Positions 44,231 through 48,093 of a stretch of 48,093 nucleotides of DNA are shown here, piece after piece; the first letter of the stretch is position 1; every line of letters starts with the position of its first letter. The DNA comes from Acutalibacteraceae bacterium (lineage in GTDB: Bacteria; Bacillota; Clostridia; Oscillospirales; Acutalibacteraceae), in assembly GCA_045590775.1 (NCBI GenBank), contig JAZNRN010000062.1, forward strand, positions 1 through 48,093, given 5' to 3'. The translations under genes were made by a program, and so were the position numbers. The notes under the pieces were generated by a model. It ran no database searches and was not told the DNA's origin. It saw nothing but the letters and a program-made list of their open reading frames with translations.

Positions 44231-45538
44231 ATGAAGCAAAAACTAATCAAAGCATTAGAACAGTTTTCCCTGATCGAAAAAGGCAAGACTGTAACAGTAG
44301 CTCTTTCGGGCGGTGCGGATTCGATGAGCCTTCTTTATCTTTTAAATGATTTGAAGGATGAACTCGGGATTACACTAAAAGCCGCACACCTAAATCACCT
44401 GATTCGAGGTCAAGAGGCTTTTCGTGATGAAAAATTCGTGACTGAACAATGCGAAAAATTGGGGATAGAGCTGTTTTTAAAGAGAGAAGATATTCCGAAA
44501 ATAGCCAAGGAAAACAAGGAAAGCCTGGAGCTTACCGCAAGAAAATCAAGATATAACTTTTTAAGCGATATTTGTGAGGATTATATCGCCACAGCACATA
44601 CGGCGAGTGATAATCTTGAAACCCTGCTTTTTAATTTAACACGTGGAAGTGGCTTGGAGGGACTTTGCGGTATTCCTCCAAAGCGAGATGTTTTCATAAG
44701 ACCCTTGATTTTAGCCACTCGCAAAGAGGTAGAAGATTATTGCAGGGACAATGGCGTACCCTTTGTTACTGACTCAACAAATCTCTCTGATGAATATTCA
44801 CGTAATTTACTAAGACATAAGGTGGTTCCAATTTTAAAGGAGCTTAACCCCTGTGTCGAGGAAACCGTATTGAAAACCGTTTTGGCACTCAGGGAAGATA
44901 ATTCCTTTATAAAAGATGAGGCTTGGCGATATTTAAAGGAAAATTCAGCGGAAAAATACTTGCTATTGAAGAACTTTAACGGCTTATCTGATTCGGTTGC
45001 GAAAAGGGTGATTATTGCATTTGTAGGTAGCGTTGATGACCGAATCAAGCTTGAAAATCACCATATAAACGAAGTTTTGCGAATTGCAAAAACCGGTGGT
45101 AAAACCAATTTGCCCAACGATTTTTATGCCAAATCGGTCAAGGACAGGCTGATTATCGGAAGAACAAAAATTAAAATACCTACTCAATACACAGTAGAAA
45201 TCGAAGAAATGCAGATAAATTTACAAGATACTGCCGAAAATGTTCATAATTTGTTATTAAATAACGCAGTTGATTGTGATAAAATAATTGGCAAAGCGTT
45301 TTTAAGGACAAGGCTTCCGGGTGATAAACTCATGCTTTCTAAAAGTTGCTGTACAAAAACACTTGGGAAACTGTTTAACGAGGCTTGTGTCCCTACAGAA
45401 GATAGAGACAAAATTCCTGTGTTAGCAGATGATGAGGGCGTTTTGTGGGTTTATAATTTAGGTGTAGCACGTCGCTGTGCAGTCACTGCAAGCACAAAAA
45501 GAATATTGAAAATTAAGACTTTTTTAAGGGGAGAATAA
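44231..45538 (+). CDS. tilS: tRNA(Ile)-lysidine synthase
   Basis: PP-loop VALSGGADSMSLL. It occupies the conserved position before hpt-ftsH. Confidence 0.92.
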   Translation: MKQKLIKALEQFSLIEKGKTVTVALSGGADSMSLLYLLNDLKDELGITLKAAHLNHLIRGQEAFRDEKFVTEQCEKLGIELFLKREDIPKIAKENKESLELTARKSRYNFLSDICEDYIATAHTASDNLETLLFNLTRGSGLEGLCGIPPKRDVFIRPLILATRKEVEDYCRDNGVPFVTDSTNLSDEYSRNLLRHKVVPILKELNPCVEETVLKTVLALREDNSFIKDEAWRYLKENSAEKYLLLKNFNGLSDSVAKRVIIAFVGSVDDRIKLENHHINEVLRIAKTGGKTNLPNDFYAKSVKDRLIIGRTKIKIPTQYTVEIEEMQINLQDTAENVHNLLLNNAVDCDKIIGKAFLRTRLPGDKLMLSKSCCTKTLGKLFNEACVPTEDRDKIPVLADDEGVLWVYNLGVARRCAVTASTKRILKIKTFLRGE

Positions 45539-45541
45539 AAA

Positions 45542-46078
45542 ATGCAGGAGAAGGATATACAAAGCGTTTTAGTCTCAAAAGAAGAAATCAAAGAAATTTG
45601 CAAGCGCCTTGGTGAACAAATTTCCAAAGATTACGAAGGCAAAAAGTTACTTTTAGTGAGCGTTTTAAAGGGTGCAGTTGTATTTATGGGCGACCTTATG
45701 CGTGAAATCACTTGTGACTGCGAGATTGACTTTTTATCGGTTTCTTCTTACAGCGGAACAAAAACTACGGGTGTTGTTAAGTTTAAAAAAGACCTTGATG
45801 TTGACCCGGATGGTTGTGATATTTTAGTGGTAGAGGATATACTTGATTCGGGTGTAACGCTTTCATATCTTAAAAAAGTTTTGATGGATAGAAATGCCAA
45901 CAGTTTAAAGGTTTGCGCTTTTCTTGATAAGCCTGCAAATCGAAAGGCAGATATTCAAGCTGATTATGTAGGTAAGGTTATTCCCGATGAATATGTTGTC
46001 GGCTATGGTCTTGACTACAACGAAAAATACAGAAATTTACCCTATGTCGGAGTTTTATCTCCCGAAGTTTATTCATAA
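45542..46078 (+). CDS. hpt: hypoxanthine phosphoribosyltransferase
   Basis: PRPP loop ILVVEDILDSGVTLSYL and VVGYGLDY. Confidence 0.95.
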   Translation: MQEKDIQSVLVSKEEIKEICKRLGEQISKDYEGKKLLLVSVLKGAVVFMGDLMREITCDCEIDFLSVSSYSGTKTTGVVKFKKDLDVDPDGCDILVVEDILDSGVTLSYLKKVLMDRNANSLKVCAFLDKPANRKADIQADYVGKVIPDEYVVGYGLDYNEKYRNLPYVGVLSPEVYS

Positions 46079-46100
46079 GGCATAGGAAAGGAGAAGACTC

Positions 46101-47933
46101 TTGAAGAAGAATATTAGAAACATTTTATTGTATCTCGGAATACCGATTGTGTTGATTTTGACAGTAGTTGCAGTATCTCGAGTACAGGAAACTACTGAAA
46201 ACGTAATCCATTCTGACATAGTTCAAATGATTAAGAATAATGAGATATCAAAGCTCAATCTTAATCTTTACAGCGGTGAACTCACATATACAAAGCGTGA
46301 GGACAACAAGGATTACAATTATACTGTTGCAGACCCGGGCATTTTTTATGAGGATGTTAACGAGGCAATTTCGCAAATCAATTCAAATCCCGATAAAAAT
46401 GCTAAAAAAATTGATGTAGAATATGAAAGAGGCGGAGAAGGCTCTTGGTTGGTAAGTCTTATTCCGACTATCTTAATAGTTGTCATTATGATAGTTTTTT
46501 GGGTGTTTATGTCCAAAAAAATGGGTTCTATCGGTAATGATAAAACAATGGGCTTCGGCAAATCAAAGGCAAGGAAGGATAACGGCAAAAAGAAAACCAC
46601 CTTTGCTGATGTCGCCGGTGCAGATGAAGAAAAAGAAGAAATGGCTGAAATTGTTGATTTCCTCAAGGACCATAAAAAGTATAACGAATTAGGAGCTAAA
46701 ATCCCTAAAGGTGTACTTCTTGTTGGACCTCCCGGTACAGGTAAAACACTGCTTGCACGTGCGGTTGCAGGTGAGGCGGGAGTGCCTTTCTTCTCGATTT
46801 CGGGTTCTGACTTTGTGGAAATGTTTGTAGGTGTAGGTGCTTCACGTGTGCGTGACCTTTTTGCAGAAGCTAAAAAGGAAGCTCCCGCTATTATTTTCAT
46901 AGATGAGATTGTCGCTGTCGGTCGTCAAAGGGGTGCAGGTCTCGGTGGCGGTCACGACGAGAGAGAGCAAACCCTTAATCAGTTGTTGGTAGAAATGGAC
47001 GGCTTTGGAGCTAATGAGGGTGTAATTGTTATGGCTGCAACCAACCGCCCAGATATACTTGATAAGGCGCTTTTGCGTCCGGGACGTTTTGATAGACAAA
47101 TTACCGTTAATTATCCTGATGTAAAGGGCAGAGAGGAAATATTAAAGGTTCACTCACGTGGAAAGCCTTTAGGCCCTGATGTGAATTTAGCAACTATTGC
47201 CAAATCCACCTCCGGCTTTACGGGAGCCGACCTTGCAAACCTTTTGAATGAAGCGGCATTACTTGCTGTCAGACATAAGAAAAAGGCTATTACTCAAGAG
47301 GAAATTGAGGAAGCTACCATTAAGGTTGTAATGGGTGCTGAAAAGAAATCACATATTGTAAGCGATAAGGACAAAATGGTTACCGCCTATCACGAGGCGG
47401 GTCACGCCGTTGTTTCATATTTTCTGCCGACGCAGGACCCCGTTCATCAAATTTCTATTATTCAGCGTGGTATGGCTGCAGGCTATACAATGTATTTGCC
47501 GACTGTTGAAAAGGGACATACCTCAAAAAATCAAATGCTTGAACAGATTTGTTCACTTTTGGGCGGTCGTGCTGCCGAACAATTAACCCAAGATGATGTT
47601 TGTACAGGCGCTTCAAATGATATTGAAAGAGCTACCGATTTAGCCCGTAAAATGGTCACAAAATTCGGTATGAGCGACAGATTGGGTCTTGTAGCCTACG
47701 GCGACGATAGTAATGAAGTATTTTTAGGAAGAGATTTTTCTTCAACTCCAAACTATTCTGAAAAGACTGCTGCTGTAATCGATGAAGAAATTGAGTCGGT
47801 TGTTATGAAGCAATACAAAAAGGCATTAGACCTTCTTAATAATGCAATGCCAAAGCTTCACGAGGTTGCTAAAATTCTTTTTGAAAAGGAAAAGATTTCA
47901 GGCGATGAATTCAGAAGCTTAATGGAAGCATAA
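46101..47933 (+). CDS. ftsH: ATP-dependent zinc metalloprotease FtsH
   Basis: Two N-terminal TM helices, GPPGTGKT, the SRH region and the zinc site HEAGHA. TTG start after AAAGGAG. Confidence 0.96.
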   Translation: MKKNIRNILLYLGIPIVLILTVVAVSRVQETTENVIHSDIVQMIKNNEISKLNLNLYSGELTYTKREDNKDYNYTVADPGIFYEDVNEAISQINSNPDKNAKKIDVEYERGGEGSWLVSLIPTILIVVIMIVFWVFMSKKMGSIGNDKTMGFGKSKARKDNGKKKTTFADVAGADEEKEEMAEIVDFLKDHKKYNELGAKIPKGVLLVGPPGTGKTLLARAVAGEAGVPFFSISGSDFVEMFVGVGASRVRDLFAEAKKEAPAIIFIDEIVAVGRQRGAGLGGGHDEREQTLNQLLVEMDGFGANEGVIVMAATNRPDILDKALLRPGRFDRQITVNYPDVKGREEILKVHSRGKPLGPDVNLATIAKSTSGFTGADLANLLNEAALLAVRHKKKAITQEEIEEATIKVVMGAEKKSHIVSDKDKMVTAYHEAGHAVVSYFLPTQDPVHQISIIQRGMAAGYTMYLPTVEKGHTSKNQMLEQICSLLGGRAAEQLTQDDVCTGASNDIERATDLARKMVTKFGMSDRLGLVAYGDDSNEVFLGRDFSSTPNYSEKTAAVIDEEIESVVMKQYKKALDLLNNAMPKLHEVAKILFEKEKISGDEFRSLMEA

Positions 47934-48018
47934 ATATTTAAAAAACAGCACTAACGGAACGTACTCTTAAGGACGAAATGCCTAAAAAAGTAAATTTTTG
48001 CGGTCTAATGTGTTAAAA

Positions 48019-48060
48019 AGACACGGTATGCGTCAGCATCACCGTGTCTTTTCGTCTTTT
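48019..48060 (+). terminator. intrinsic terminator after ftsH
   Basis: aagacacggt...accgtgtctt forms the stem, with an inner atgc/gcat extension, followed by TTCGTCTTTT. Confidence 0.75.
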
Positions 48061-48093
48061 ATCCCACTAAAAATTTATCTTTTTTAGGTGCTT

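Noticed and set aside
47980-48088. 10-bp inverted repeat (cctaaaaaag / cttttttagg) flanking the ftsH terminator.
   Set aside because: It is short and almost pure A/T, is plausible by chance in this composition, and has no associated feature.
1-48093. Scan for CRISPR arrays, tRNA or rRNA genes, IS transposases, prophage blocks and recognisable defence operons.
   Set aside because: None found. There are no regularly spaced direct repeats and no cloverleaf-like or rRNA-like segments. The only recombinase is the tyrosine recombinase at 7495-8475.

Overview
This window is a low-GC Firmicutes chromosomal segment, most likely from a spore-forming member of the Clostridia (spoVAC, clostridial-type abrB and a mecA-like gene are present). 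It is dominated by housekeeping genes. In order these are: an aconitase fragment and icd; serS; a TetR plus ABC-2 efflux operon; rpe; a phosphohexomutase; polA, a PTP/rimI fusion and tsaD; a lipid kinase; mreBCD and PBP2; dapA-lysA behind a lysine riboswitch; ung; abrB; ppiB; nrdR-gltX-glnS; NIF3; a MacB-like ABC transporter; a Na/Pi transporter; glyQS; and rnj-rplI-dnaB-tilS-hpt-ftsH. I saw no rRNA, tRNA, CRISPR array, IS transposase or recognisable defence operon. Four regions are not explained by ordinary annotation. (1) A roughly 1-kb cassette (6388-7454) is bounded by about 62-nt inverted repeats with a 36-nt core matching at 35 of 36 positions. It carries an orphan 3-TM protein gene with an attenuator-like leader and lies directly beside a tyrosine recombinase gene. 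(2) A roughly 270-nt multi-hairpin RNA element, closed by a 19-position terminal helix, sits between a strong promoter and the polA start. (3) A 1.2-kb insertion carries an A/T-rich DUF4375/DMP19-like gene. It is flanked by 123-nt direct repeats consisting of the spoVAC 3' end and a diverged copy that still preserves the protein sequence. (4) A 272-aa protein with about 9 percent cysteine has no family I recognise. All calls come from reading the sequence and ORF translations by eye; no database search was possible.
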